Below, one piece after another: positions 38,100 to 47,702 of a stretch of DNA of 64,000 nt. A model generated the notes under the pieces. The model made no database searches and had not been told where the DNA came from. It saw nothing but the letters and a program-made list of their open reading frames with translations. Both the position numbers and the translations under genes were made by a program. Positions within the stretch are counted from its first letter, which is position 1; each line of letters begins with the position of its first letter. Origin of the DNA: Planctomycetota bacterium (GTDB lineage: Bacteria; Planctomycetota; JAJSAM01; JAJVHW01); assembly GCA_024280885.1 (NCBI GenBank), contig JAJRPF010000008.1, positions 11,707-75,706 on the forward strand, given 5' to 3'.

Positions 38100-39167
38100 C
38101 TACTCGACGGGCAAACGCCGGAAGCCGTCGATCATCGTGCGGAACTCGGGTTCCCAGTCTTCGCGCGCGTTCGCCGCGACCATCGCCTGGAGCACCCAGT
38201 AGTTGCCGTCTTCCTCGAAGAGAACGAGCTGCAGGACGAACATCGCGTCGGATGTGCCCGCATGCGTCGCCGTCGTCGTGATCTCGACGGCTTCCAGACC
38301 GTCCACCCGCAGTTCCTTGACGGCCGAGTCACGCAGGTTGGTCATCTGCGCCGTCGCCGCGAGCCGACGCTTGGCGAAGTTCACGCGCTCGCCCGCTGCG
38401 ATCTTCGAGACCGACGGCGCCACGATCACCAGCGGCGCCCCGGGCTTGCTCTTCCCGAATGTCCCCGGCTCGCAATAGATCGTCCCGACGCGTGTGTGGT
38501 GCCCGATCTCCAGCCGCTTCGCCTTGCCGAGCGCGAAGCGCATCACGTCCGGGTGGCGCGTCTTCGAGATGGTGAGTTCGCGCAGGCATTTTTCCATTGG
38601 CGCGCGCAACGCGTCGGCGTCGGAGACCCGAAACGTCGCCGACATCAACGCCGTCCCATCAGGCACCGGAGCCACCAGGATGAAGCGCTCCATCTCGATG
38701 CCGCGCGCCTCCTGCATCACGCGCAGCAAGAGCGCCGTGCGCGCGCCGATCTTGATGTCCTCGCGCGATACAACCGTCATCCCGCGCGAAGCGAGCTTCT
38801 CGTCGTCTCGCATCCCCGAAACGGTCGCCTCGTAGGGCCCGGGCAACTCGTTCACCAGGATGGAAGCCGAGCGCTTCTCATCCCCGAAGCCCGAGTACCG
38901 TTCCGCCTTCACAAACCCCGCGGGCGGCACCAACGCCACGTGCGTCCCCGGCACGGGGATGCGCTTCGCTGCGATCGGCGGCTTCTGCGACGAGGGCGAC
39001 GGCGTCCCCGCGACCGGTGTGGGCGGTGCCGCCTCGTCCTGTGCCTGAGCGGACGGTGTGCCGACGAGCCCGAGCACTCCGACGAGGAGCGCAGCCCTCG
39101 CCGTCGCCAGCCAACCCTGCGCGAGCCGACCGGATCGGGAGTTCGAGTGTGTGGAGTAGGACCTCAT
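38100..39167 (-). CDS. secreted hypothetical protein
   Basis: Start MRSYSTHSNSRSGRLAQGWLATARAALLVGVLGLVGTPSAQA (residue 58 of the track ORF). Pro-rich linker. No SD seen. Confidence 0.55.
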   Translation of the reverse strand: MRSYSTHSNSRSGRLAQGWLATARAALLVGVLGLVGTPSAQAQDEAAPPTPVAGTPSPSSQKPPIAAKRIPVPGTHVALVPPAGFVKAERYSGFGDEKRSASILVNELPGPYEATVSGMRDDEKLASRGMTVVSREDIKIGARTALLLRVMQEARGIEMERFILVAPVPDGTALMSATFRVSDADALRAPMEKCLRELTISKTRHPDVMRFALGKAKRLEIGHHTRVGTIYCEPGTFGKSKPGAPLVIVAPSVSKIAAGERVNFAKRRLAATAQMTNLRDSAVKELRVDGLEAVEITTTATHAGTSDAMFVLQLVLFEEDGNYWVLQAMVAANAREDWEPEFRTMIDGFRRLPVE

Positions 39168-39382
39168 GTAGCGCACTCTGCGGGATAGCGCCGCGCTGTC
39201 AAAGCGCCGGCCGGGAGCCGAGGCCGGCCGCACATCACCGCGAGTGCGCCCGGCGGCCACCTGAACTCTGCCGCGTGAGATGTGCCCCGAGTCACTGTAG
39301 GCTTTCCGTCGGCGCGCGAATGGCGGCGGTCGGTCCACCGCGAGTGCCGCGCCGCGGATTGGAACCAGGAGGAGGTGGGGTG

Positions 39383-40651
39383 ATGGGAGTGAAGCACAGG
39401 ATCCGGACGAGCATGGTCGCGCTCGGTCTGCTTGTCAGCGCGAGTGCTCCAGCGTTCGCGCACGAGTACTTCGTCGACGGCAACGAGGTCGATCTCGCGC
39501 CGCCGTTCTTCACGGTCCGCGAGATCGTGCTGGAGCGCGGCAAGAGTGTCCGGATCGAGGTGCGCGACGCGGGGACCTGCAAGGCTCGGATCCAGATGAC
39601 GGGTGACTCCTCGGGTCTCCAGGTGAAGAACGGAGACTCGAAGACAGCGAAGGTGTCGCACACGATCACCGTCACGGCCAAGGAGTCGGGCACGTTCACC
39701 GCGGAGATCTCCGTCAAAGGAGAAGGCACGGACAAGAACGGCAGCCCGTGCACCGAGGACTCCGTCAACCGCTTCCTCTTCAAGGTCTCGGCGCCGACCA
39801 AGACGCTTGTGAAGGAGTTCAGCAAGGGCTGGAAGGGGTTCGGGAAGACCTTCAAGATGGAGTTGTCCGGGCACCGCTCGTTCGTCTCCGAGGTCACGAA
39901 GGACTGCCTGCGCAACTTCCAATCTGGTTCTGCCGATGGCGAGACTGCGCTATGGGGGATGTACGGCGCGTGGACGATCGCGCTCAACGAGACGTATATG
40001 TCGGGCTCTCGCGCTCTCACAGGATACCGCGACTTCGGCTCCGACATCCTCTCGCGCGGCCAAGTCCCCGAGGGCTGCCCTCCGCGCTCGTTCGACGACG
40101 GCAGTGGCGGCGCCTGGGACTCCGCCCAGACGAACGTCTACTCCGGAACATGCCGACTCGCCGCGGCCCTCCGGAAGTCCGCGACGAAATCGACAGCCAA
40201 GTTCATGAAGATCGGCACGCAGCTCGACGAGAACTGGACGATCAACATCGGATTGCGGCCGTTGCGCGACCCCTCCGTGAGCGCTCCCAGCATCGGCGGA
40301 CGGGCGCCCGAGGGTGACGAGGGCGCCCACGTCACCGTCTTCGGCGGCGTCTCTTACCGCAAAATGGACATGGGCACGAACCAGTACGTCTGGGCCGGCG
40401 GTTACGCCGACCCTGTGCGCGGCGCCTTCGAAGTCATGCTCCGCGACGCCGATGGCGACGTGGCGACGAAGACCGTCACGCCCGGAAGCTCTGGCACATG
40501 GAACGTCCTCTTCGACAAGAGCGACGGCATCGCAGCAGGCTTCTCCTATCGCCTCGGCGTCGGCTACCGATCCGGCGGCCTCGACATCGGTCTCAGCTAT
40601 GACTGGGAGCAGGTCTCCGTACCGAAGATCGCCGTCACGACGCGCTTCTGA
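39383..40651 (+). CDS. secreted hypothetical protein, Lys/Ser/Thr-rich, lower GC than neighbours
   Basis: AGGAGGAGG SD. Signal peptide MGVKHRIRTSMVALGLLVSASAPAFA. Composition differs from the Ala/Arg-rich norm of the window. Confidence 0.55.
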   Translation: MGVKHRIRTSMVALGLLVSASAPAFAHEYFVDGNEVDLAPPFFTVREIVLERGKSVRIEVRDAGTCKARIQMTGDSSGLQVKNGDSKTAKVSHTITVTAKESGTFTAEISVKGEGTDKNGSPCTEDSVNRFLFKVSAPTKTLVKEFSKGWKGFGKTFKMELSGHRSFVSEVTKDCLRNFQSGSADGETALWGMYGAWTIALNETYMSGSRALTGYRDFGSDILSRGQVPEGCPPRSFDDGSGGAWDSAQTNVYSGTCRLAAALRKSATKSTAKFMKIGTQLDENWTINIGLRPLRDPSVSAPSIGGRAPEGDEGAHVTVFGGVSYRKMDMGTNQYVWAGGYADPVRGAFEVMLRDADGDVATKTVTPGSSGTWNVLFDKSDGIAAGFSYRLGVGYRSGGLDIGLSYDWEQVSVPKIAVTTRF

Positions 40652-40799
40652 TCTCCGGCGTCGCCAACGAAGTACCGCCGCTTGCCGCTACCGAGTCACT
40701 CGAGAGGGCGCGTTGCCGAGACGGGCTGGACTCGGGTGCGGGCGTGGCACAGAGGTGCCTGCCCTGGCAGGTGCATTGACGCGACGGAAGGAGGCGGCG

Positions 40800-41012
40800 A
40801 TGAAAATCTGTCCTGATTGCTCCGCCGAGATGGTGGAGGGCTGTCGTCGCGATAAATTCAACGCCATGACGGCCAGTCCGGAGAGCTGGGTGGCGAACGA
40901 GCCCAAGAAGCAGCTCCCGTTCCTTCTTGGTCACAAAGAGCGCCCCATCCCCGTCGTGACGTACGCGTGCGTCGAGTGCGGACGGCTCGTCTCGTACCTG
41001 AAACGCGAGTGA
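40800..41012 (+). CDS. small zinc-ribbon protein (CPDC...CVECG), 70 aa
   Basis: GGAGG SD. Two CxxC pairs. Lower GC. Confidence 0.5.
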   Translation: MKICPDCSAEMVEGCRRDKFNAMTASPESWVANEPKKQLPFLLGHKERPIPVVTYACVECGRLVSYLKRE

Positions 41013-41322
41013 AGCGGGCGGCGTGTTCCGGTGGGCGCTCCACTCCGACCGTGCCCCCGAGACCGCGGGTCACCTCGCCGGAACATCGACGTTCGTCAAC
41101 CCCGACAAGACCCCGGCCAATTGCGGCCATCCGGGGAGGCCCTGAAGCGCGGAGCGACTCCCCGCGCAGGATGGACACCGCGTCTCCGATCGAGACGCCC
41201 ACGTCGCGGCGAAGAGACCGGTGTCGACGTGCCATGCCGCCACCGAGAGTCATCGGACGAGCCGCGGACTCACCCCACAAGTGGGCGGGTCGTCCATGCA
41301 CAAGCGCGGTTGTCGCCGAGCA

Positions 41323-41706
41323 TCAGCCCTCGGAACGGGTCATGAGCCACCCGATACTACCGACCACGCCGACTAGCGGCAGAGAGGCGACACAGCACCA
41401 GAGCGTGCGCCGCAGGGCGTGAAATGGCTCGTCCCAATCGCGACTCCGGAACCACAGTTTCCAACTCGCGAGGATCGAGATCACGCACAGCACAGGTATC
41501 GACTGCATCCAGGTCCAGTACGCCGAGGTGGGGTCGCCCCACGCGCCCGGCACCGGGAAGTACGTCGCGTTCAAGATCGTCACGGGAACGGAGCCCGTGC
41601 CCAGTAGCACACACCCCACCGTGACGCATAACGGAACGGTGATCGGCTGGCGTTCAGGTGACAGGTCCACGGCGTACGATCGCCGATTGCGCTCCTCATA
41701 TGTCAT
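41323..41706 (-). CDS. small membrane protein (3 TM)
   Basis: Hydrophobic segments. Its start codon lies inside repeat R1. Confidence 0.4.
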   Translation of the reverse strand: MTYEERNRRSYAVDLSPERQPITVPLCVTVGCVLLGTGSVPVTILNATYFPVPGAWGDPTSAYWTWMQSIPVLCVISILASWKLWFRSRDWDEPFHALRRTLWCCVASLPLVGVVGSIGWLMTRSEG

Positions 41707-41926
41707 ACCGAGTCAGGCTCAATTCGTCGGATTGAACGCTCCGCACCTTGCCAGGCTCGTCGCCCTCCCGAGCGGAGTTCAACGCACGTTGCCCCGGCGA
41801 CGCTCGTCCGCGTGTAGAGTCCTGAGCGACGTTGAGAGGCGCAACGAGGTGGTCGACAGGCTGGCGACCCTGGTCGAGAGTGGAGAGTTGAGACCGCCGA
41901 AGCGAGCTTGGCACAGCATGCCGAGG
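41697..41926. repeat. dispersed repeat family copy R1 (~230 bp)
   Basis: Starts catatgtcataccgagtcaggctc, ends gttgagaccgccgaagcgagcttggcacagcatgccgag. Homologous over its length to R4 (47450-47700); the 5' ~60 bp also match R3 and R2. Confidence 0.6.
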
Positions 41927-41967
41927 CGTGCGCCGCAACGACGTGCGTGGGCCGTGGGAGGGCAGCT

Positions 41968-44517
41968 ATGACCGCAGACCGAGCATCCAGAGCCGTCGTC
42001 TCGCTGGCCGATGTGCCGTTCTCGATGCGGCTGCGCCTGCACCTGATCGCCGGCGTCGCGGTGGCTTTCTTGAGCGTGTACGGGCGCGCGGTCTGCCCGT
42101 TCGTCGCGGGCGTTCAGCTACCGCGACTCGTCGCCGGACTCCTCGCCGTCGCCGCCGCTCAGATCGCGCTGCGGGAAGCGCTCTACCGTCTGGTCCCGCG
42201 GCCCTTCGGCAGGGCGTCTCTCGCGCGCCACGGAATGGTCGTCTCGATCTTCTCGTGGCTGGTGGCCGGAGTCGTCGCCCTCGCCCTTCACATGGCGCTC
42301 TACCCGGACTTCCCGATGGGCAGCCACATCAAGCTGCTGACCGGGTACTGGGCTCTGGGCGGCGGGATCCTCTCGCAGCTCGACTTCGTGCTCCTCGAAC
42401 GCTATCTCCGCAAGCATGGCGCCGTGCACACGGTCGCGGCGCAGAGCGTCGAGCGAATCACGCGCCGGCTCATGGAGAGCTACGTCATCTTCACGATCGT
42501 GCCCGCGCTGATCCTGGTCCTCGTCCTGTTGCGCAACGTCTACGAGGGGCACGCGGGGATGGGCCAAGCGGTGGAAGGGATGTTCGTCGGGGCGGTGTTC
42601 GTCGGTTCCGCGCTCGTGGTCTCTCGGCAGTACGGGCTTGCGCTGCGCGAGGACTGCGACGCCATGCGAAAGGCGGTGCTCGACGTCGCCGAGGGTCGCT
42701 TCGACGTGGATCTCGACAGCTCCCGCCCCGACGAGATCGGCCTCGTCGCGCGGAGCATCTGCGCGATGGGACAGGATCTCGCCGTCCGCGAGAAGCGCGA
42801 GGTCAAACTGCTCCAGATCACGAGCGCGTTCAGCGAACAGTTGCACCTCGACCGGCTGCTACGAGTCATCACGACGGGGGCGACTCAACTCGTCAACGCG
42901 GAGCGCAGCACGCTCTACCTCTACGACGCGCGTCGCGACCAGCTCTGGACCCCCGTGGCGGAGGGGATGAACGGTGAGCCTCTCTATCTCGACAAGAACG
43001 CCGGTCTCGCGGGCGCGACGTTCACGACCCAGGAGGCGATCATCCTGGACGATGTCCGCGCCGACCCGCGGTTCAACGCGGCGACGGATCGCGCGACCGG
43101 TTTCACGACGAAGAGCATGCTGTGTGTGCCGGTCAACTCGAAGGACGGCAAGCACCTCGGCGTGATCCAGGTTCTCAATCGTCGCGACGGCGCGTTCGGG
43201 CCGCGCGACGAGAGTCGCCTGCGGGCCATGGCGTCGCAATCCGCGACGGCGATCGAGAACGCCCAGCTCTTCGAGGACGTGCTGAACCTGAAGAACTACG
43301 CCGAGAGTATTCTGCGCAGTCTTTCCAACGGTGTGATCTCGCTCGACCGCGATCTGAACGTGACGACACTCAACGAGGCGGCCGAACGGATTCTTGGTTG
43401 CACCGAAAGCGACGTCGCGGAGCAGCCCGCGAGCGCGTTGTTCCACACCGAGAACGAGTGGGTGATGGACAGCGCACGCACCGTCATGAGCAGCGGCGTC
43501 GCCGATCACACCCTCGACGTCGAACTCGTGATCGACGCGGACCGGAAGGCCTCCGTCAACCTCACCGCCGTGCCCCTGATCGACGCGAGCGACGAGCCGA
43601 TTGGCCAGCTCCTCATCATGGAGGACCTGTCGGCGGAGAAACGGACGCGCGCCACGATGTCGCGCTACATGCCCAAGGAGGTCGTGGAACAGGTGCTCTC
43701 CGGGCATCGAGACGTGATCGAGGGCCGCATGCAGCAGATGACACTGCTGTTCACGGACATCCGCAGTTTCACGACGATCTCCGAGGCCATCGGACCACGA
43801 GCAACCGTTGCCATGCTGAACGAGTACTTCGAGGGGATGGTCGATGTCGTCCACGACCACGGCGGCATCCTCGACAAGTACATCGGCGACGCGATCATGG
43901 CTCTCTTCGGCGTGCCGCTCGGAGGAGAGCACGACGAGCGCGATGCCGTCGCAGCCGCCAACGACATGATGCGCGCGCTCGCAGCGATCAACGCACGTCG
44001 GGAAGCGGCAGGCCTCGAACCCATCATGCACGGGATCGGCGTGTCCACGGGCGAGGCCGTCGCCGGCAACATCGGTTCGCCGCGACGGATGGACTACACG
44101 GTGATTGGCGACTCGGTGAATCTGACGGCGCGCATCGAGAGCATCACGAAGTTCTACAAGGCGCCCGTGCTCGTCAGCGAGATGACCGTCAAGCTGCTGG
44201 ATGCGCCCGAGTACTTGCGCGAGGTGGACTGCATCCGCGTCAAGGGCAAGTCGGATCCAGTCACAATTTTCGAGAGTTTCGAGTACCGCGCGGACCGGCT
44301 CACGGACGAACTCCTGCAGGCCTACGAGATCGAGACGACGGCGCTCGCGGCGTACCGCACGCAGAACTGGGCTGACGCGGAGCGCCTCTTCCAACAGGCG
44401 CAGGTGCTCGCGCCGGCCGACCGGATTCCCGAGATCTACCTCGAGCGGATCGCCCACTATCAAAGCGCGCCGCCGGGCCCCGACTGGGACGGCGTCTGGA
44501 CGATGCTCTCGAAGTGA
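41968..44517 (+). CDS. membrane-anchored multi-sensor class III adenylate/guanylate cyclase (TM + HAMP + GAF + PAS + CHD)
   Basis: GGGAGG 7 nt upstream. Start placed downstream of repeat R1. GAF region NAERSTLYLYD...CVPVNSKDGKHLGVIQVLN. Cyclase motifs LLFTDIRSFT and KYIGDAIMALFG. Confidence 0.85.
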   Translation: MTADRASRAVVSLADVPFSMRLRLHLIAGVAVAFLSVYGRAVCPFVAGVQLPRLVAGLLAVAAAQIALREALYRLVPRPFGRASLARHGMVVSIFSWLVAGVVALALHMALYPDFPMGSHIKLLTGYWALGGGILSQLDFVLLERYLRKHGAVHTVAAQSVERITRRLMESYVIFTIVPALILVLVLLRNVYEGHAGMGQAVEGMFVGAVFVGSALVVSRQYGLALREDCDAMRKAVLDVAEGRFDVDLDSSRPDEIGLVARSICAMGQDLAVREKREVKLLQITSAFSEQLHLDRLLRVITTGATQLVNAERSTLYLYDARRDQLWTPVAEGMNGEPLYLDKNAGLAGATFTTQEAIILDDVRADPRFNAATDRATGFTTKSMLCVPVNSKDGKHLGVIQVLNRRDGAFGPRDESRLRAMASQSATAIENAQLFEDVLNLKNYAESILRSLSNGVISLDRDLNVTTLNEAAERILGCTESDVAEQPASALFHTENEWVMDSARTVMSSGVADHTLDVELVIDADRKASVNLTAVPLIDASDEPIGQLLIMEDLSAEKRTRATMSRYMPKEVVEQVLSGHRDVIEGRMQQMTLLFTDIRSFTTISEAIGPRATVAMLNEYFEGMVDVVHDHGGILDKYIGDAIMALFGVPLGGEHDERDAVAAANDMMRALAAINARREAAGLEPIMHGIGVSTGEAVAGNIGSPRRMDYTVIGDSVNLTARIESITKFYKAPVLVSEMTVKLLDAPEYLREVDCIRVKGKSDPVTIFESFEYRADRLTDELLQAYEIETTALAAYRTQNWADAERLFQQAQVLAPADRIPEIYLERIAHYQSAPPGPDWDGVWTMLSK

Positions 44518-44554
44518 CGAGCCGCTTCAGACGCGCGCTTCGCATGCGCGGAGA

Positions 44555-45469
44555 CTACTGACCGCCGGCGTTCAAGCGACCCACGTCGATCTCCTCTTGC
44601 CCCTCCCAGGCGAACGCGCCATGGATGCGAGAGCGTTCCAAGGTGCCGGAGAGCATGTACGTACGGCCGCGTTCGAGCCACTCGGTCGAGATCCGACCCA
44701 AGTGGTCGGTCGTCCGCTCGCCATGCGGCAACTGGGCGCCGTCTGTGACGTCATGAATGCGGACGCTCAGCCCCGACAACGGCTGCTCGCGTAAGCTGAG
44801 AACGACGGTGTCGCCGTTCGCCAACCGGGGTAGAGCGACGTTCGTATCCGACGCCGTTCGCCCCAACTCGAGCGATGCGCGGAGCGGACGACGTCCGGGG
44901 ATGAGTGCCAGAATGACGAGCCGCACGTGGCTCGCAGGGTGCGCCTCCAGGGAACCACCGGAAACCCCGATGCGATGCTCGAACCAGCCGTCGGCGTCGG
45001 TCGTGACGCGTCGGTTTGCGATGAACGTCGCCTTGTGCTCCAAAGGCGAATGCGAGTAGACGGTCGCCCCCCGATTGCGAGCGCTATCGGCAGAGATATC
45101 CTCCTCCACGCGCACGCTCTGAAAGCGAACCGACACTCCGGCGATGGGCTCACCTCGCTCGTCGACGATGCGACCTCGGCCCCAGAGTCCGGCAATATCG
45201 ACGTGGGTGCGGTCCTTCCGCCTGACGGTCGGAGTCGGTGGCTGCACGTGTCGCCGACTCCGCAGTCGCGAGTCGACCCCGGTCGGCTCGGGGTCCGCGC
45301 CTGCCGTCTCCGGGCTGACGCCGTGGGCGGAAGGAGGCCGCCCCGCAGGAACGCGCGGTTCGCCGTCGAAGTCGGCATCGAACGAACTCAGAACACGTGG
45401 CACACCGGCGACAACCGCCGCCAGCAGAGCAAGCACCACAACTCCGAGGGCGATCCTCCGTCTCGTCAT
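44555..45469 (-). CDS. signal-anchored hypothetical protein with a carboxypeptidase-regulatory-like domain
   Basis: MTRRRIALGVVVLALLAAVVAG TM segment. GRIVDERGEPIAGVSVRF. Confidence 0.5.
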   Translation of the reverse strand: MTRRRIALGVVVLALLAAVVAGVPRVLSSFDADFDGEPRVPAGRPPSAHGVSPETAGADPEPTGVDSRLRSRRHVQPPTPTVRRKDRTHVDIAGLWGRGRIVDERGEPIAGVSVRFQSVRVEEDISADSARNRGATVYSHSPLEHKATFIANRRVTTDADGWFEHRIGVSGGSLEAHPASHVRLVILALIPGRRPLRASLELGRTASDTNVALPRLANGDTVVLSLREQPLSGLSVRIHDVTDGAQLPHGERTTDHLGRISTEWLERGRTYMLSGTLERSRIHGAFAWEGQEEIDVGRLNAGGQ

Positions 45470-45566
45470 GGCGTAATCCTAGCCGAGCAGCGGGAGGGCT
45501 CTCGCGATCGGACTACCCAACGGCTCGACTGCACTCCGGATTCGCGACCGCGTGTCAACCGCGTGC

Positions 45567-45660
45567 GTCATGCCAAGCCAGGCTCGTCCGCCCGCTCCGC
45601 GAAGTGACCGTCGGAGCGCCCGAAGGTCCCACGCCATGAAGACGCCATCTACGAGACGCG
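45567..45660. repeat. dispersed repeat family copy R2 (partial, ~95 bp)
   Basis: gtcatgccaagccaggctcgtccgcccgctccgcgaagtgaccg...cccacgccatg aligns with the 5' part of R3. Confidence 0.5.
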
Positions 45661-45890
45661 GGCCGGTTCGATGCTCTGTAGCTCGGCTGCGTGGTCGGAA
45701 CGAAGAGCTCTCCATAGGTCCACCGCCTGCTGGAGATTCAGCCAGAATGCCGGCTCTGTCCCGGTGAAACGTGCCAGCCGCTAGGCTGTGCCCGGATTGC
45801 CCGAGCGCTTGCAGAAGACGCGACAACTACCCTGACACCGGGGGCGCGCTGCCACCGTCCTGGGTTGAGGTCGGCGACGAGCACGTGGCA

Positions 45891-46301
45891 CTAAGCGAAG
45901 TCCGCGAGTCGGCGGAGGATCGCGGTCAGCGCGCCGGCGTGGCGGGCGGACCGAAGCGTGCCTTCGCAGAAGCGCTCCTTGCGCACGTAGGTGGTGATCA
46001 GCTTGCGCAGCGTGTCGATCGTTGCGGCGTGTAGGGCCGACGGGTCTTTGTGCAGCCGCTGCGCCTCGTCTTGCCACGCGGGCCAGTCGAAATCGTAGAC
46101 CCATTTGTGTGCGTACGCGCGTTCCACGAATTCGTTCTCGACGCGGTCCGAGAGCATGTGCGGCAGCGTGAGCACTCCGTCGTCTCCCGGCGGTGGTTCG
46201 TGCCACCGGTCGGTCGTGGGGCTCGCCATCTCCGGGAGGAGTTCGGCCAGTGCGGCGATAGCCTCGGGACGGGGCGTCCAGTCAGGTTCCTTCTGCGTCA
46301 T
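45891..46301 (-). CDS. hypothetical protein
   Basis: 136 aa with normal composition (Trp-rich WVYDFDWPAWQDEAQ). Starts 27 bp from R3. Confidence 0.5.
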   Translation of the reverse strand: MTQKEPDWTPRPEAIAALAELLPEMASPTTDRWHEPPPGDDGVLTLPHMLSDRVENEFVERAYAHKWVYDFDWPAWQDEAQRLHKDPSALHAATIDTLRKLITTYVRKERFCEGTLRSARHAGALTAILRRLADFA

Positions 46302-46327
46302 CGAGTGATGCTACGTGTCAGACCGCG

Positions 46328-46500
46328 CCATGTCATACCGAGCCAGACTCAACTCGTCGGTTTGGACACTCCGCTTCTCGTCAGGCTCGTCGGCCCGCTG
46401 CGCGAAGTGCCCGCTGGAAGCCGCGATCGTCCCGCACCATGACGACCCGTCTGGCGCGCCTCGCGCACGCCGGGTGACGCGGGCTACCCCGTGTGCTTTC
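46328..46500. repeat. dispersed repeat family copy R3 (~170 bp)
   Basis: ccatgtcataccgagccagactcaactcgtcgg...gtcaggctcgtcggcccgctgcgcgaagtgcccgctggaagccgcgatcgtcccgcaccatg. The 5' part matches R1; the central part matches R4. Confidence 0.6.
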
Positions 46501-46591
46501 TCCGCCTCGTACCACCGTTGGTAGCCTCAGAAGCGGTTCGGACGAGCCACTCCTGATGTCACATAGTGGCAGTTTGTGATACACTCCGGAG

Positions 46592-46888
46592 ATGGCAACG
46601 CGCACCTCCCTGAACGTCTCGCTGAGCCCCGAACTCGCGGGCTACGTTCGCTCCTGCGTCGAGTCCGGCAACTACCTCACCGCGAGCGAAGTCGTGCGGG
46701 AGTCGTTGCGACTCCTGCAGCAGCAGCACGCCGAGGGTCGCCTGGTCATCGAAGAGGTTCGCGAAAGGGTCGAGGCCGCGTACCGCGCCTCACTGGAAGA
46801 CGAGATCGTGGACAGCGACGTCGTCCTTCAGCGTGTTCGTCTCAGCCTGGAGGCACGGAGGGAAACGCAGACACTGCCACCCGGGTGA
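46592..46888 (+). CDS. parD: type II antitoxin, ParD family
   Basis: MATRTSLNVSLSPELAGYVRSCVESGNYLTASEVVRESLRLL. GGAG SD. Confidence 0.8.
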   Translation: MATRTSLNVSLSPELAGYVRSCVESGNYLTASEVVRESLRLLQQQHAEGRLVIEEVRERVEAAYRASLEDEIVDSDVVLQRVRLSLEARRETQTLPPG

Positions 46889-47187
46889 GTCGCGCTCGGC
46901 TTTCATCGCTCGCCGCACGCGAGTTCGTGCGCTGCGTGGATCGGATCGCGGACGCCAATGCCGACGCTGCGTTGGCCTGGGTAGATGCTGTTGAGGCCGC
47001 GCTCGCGCGCATCGCGTCATTCCCCGCATTGGGTCATCGGCGAGAGGATCTGACGGAAAGAGAGATCCGCTTCTATCGCGTCTCGTCTCACCTGCTCGTG
47101 TACCGCACGGACACAGATCCACCGATCGTCATCGACATCATCCACTCCGCTCGCGACGTCTCGGCGCGACTGCGGGCAACGGAGTGA
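46885..47187 (+). CDS. parE: type II toxin, ParE/RelE family
   Basis: GTGA overlap with the parD stop. C-terminus EIRFYRVSSHLLVYRTDTDPPIVIDIIHSARD is typical ParE. The first 103 codons of the track ORF are a spurious extension. Confidence 0.75.
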   Translation: MSRARLSSLAAREFVRCVDRIADANADAALAWVDAVEAALARIASFPALGHRREDLTEREIRFYRVSSHLLVYRTDTDPPIVIDIIHSARDVSARLRATE

Positions 47188-47449
47188 CGCCGGAACGCCC
47201 ACAACTGCGACGTCGGGCGACGGACGCCACCCGGGTGCGGGCCAGCGCCTCATGGGCAACGGGCGGGAGTCTGCCGAGAGGGGCTCCGCCGACGGGAGGT
47301 CACGTTCATCGTCGCGACGAAGCGCGGGGCGAGCGCCGCGCACCAGCGCGACGCAACCCCGGACTATCTCCCGCCGCCACCGCACGTTGAGCTTGGCCCG
47401 GGCGTGATTTGGCACCGCAGATGCCAGATTGGGGCGCAAAGTGGCAGTG

Positions 47450-47700
47450 CCATATCGAGTCAGGCTCGTCGGCTCGCTCCGCGAGGGCCCGCTGGAAGCC
47501 GCGACCGCCCCGCGCCATGGCAACGCGTCTCACGCGCCCTCGCGAGTGGCGTGCGACGCGTGTTGCCCCAGCGACCCCCGTCCACGAGTAGAGTCTTGGG
47601 CGCCGTCGCGAGCCGCGACGGCGCGGTTGACAGGCTGAGGAACTTGGTCGAAATTGGCGTGTTGAGACCGACGAATCGAGCCCGGCGCAGAATGCCGATG
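47450..47700. repeat. dispersed repeat family copy R4 (~250 bp), ending at the stop codon of 47703-48185
   Basis: ccatatcgagtcaggctcgtcgg...cccgctggaagccgcgaccgccccgcgccatgg...gttgacaggctgaggaacttggtcgaaattggcgtgttgagaccgacgaatcgagcccggcgcagaatgccgatg. Confidence 0.6.
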
Positions 47701-47702
47701 TC

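Noticed and set aside
42859-44463. 534-aa minus ORF antisense to the adenylate cyclase, and the 38019-39188, 48182-48883, 49253-50192 ORFs
   Set aside because: Antisense high-GC ORFs with no start signals or domains.
45479-45826. 115-aa minus ORF spanning repeat R2
   Set aside because: It overlaps a noncoding-looking repeat, has Arg/Gly-rich composition and no SD. It is probably not a gene.
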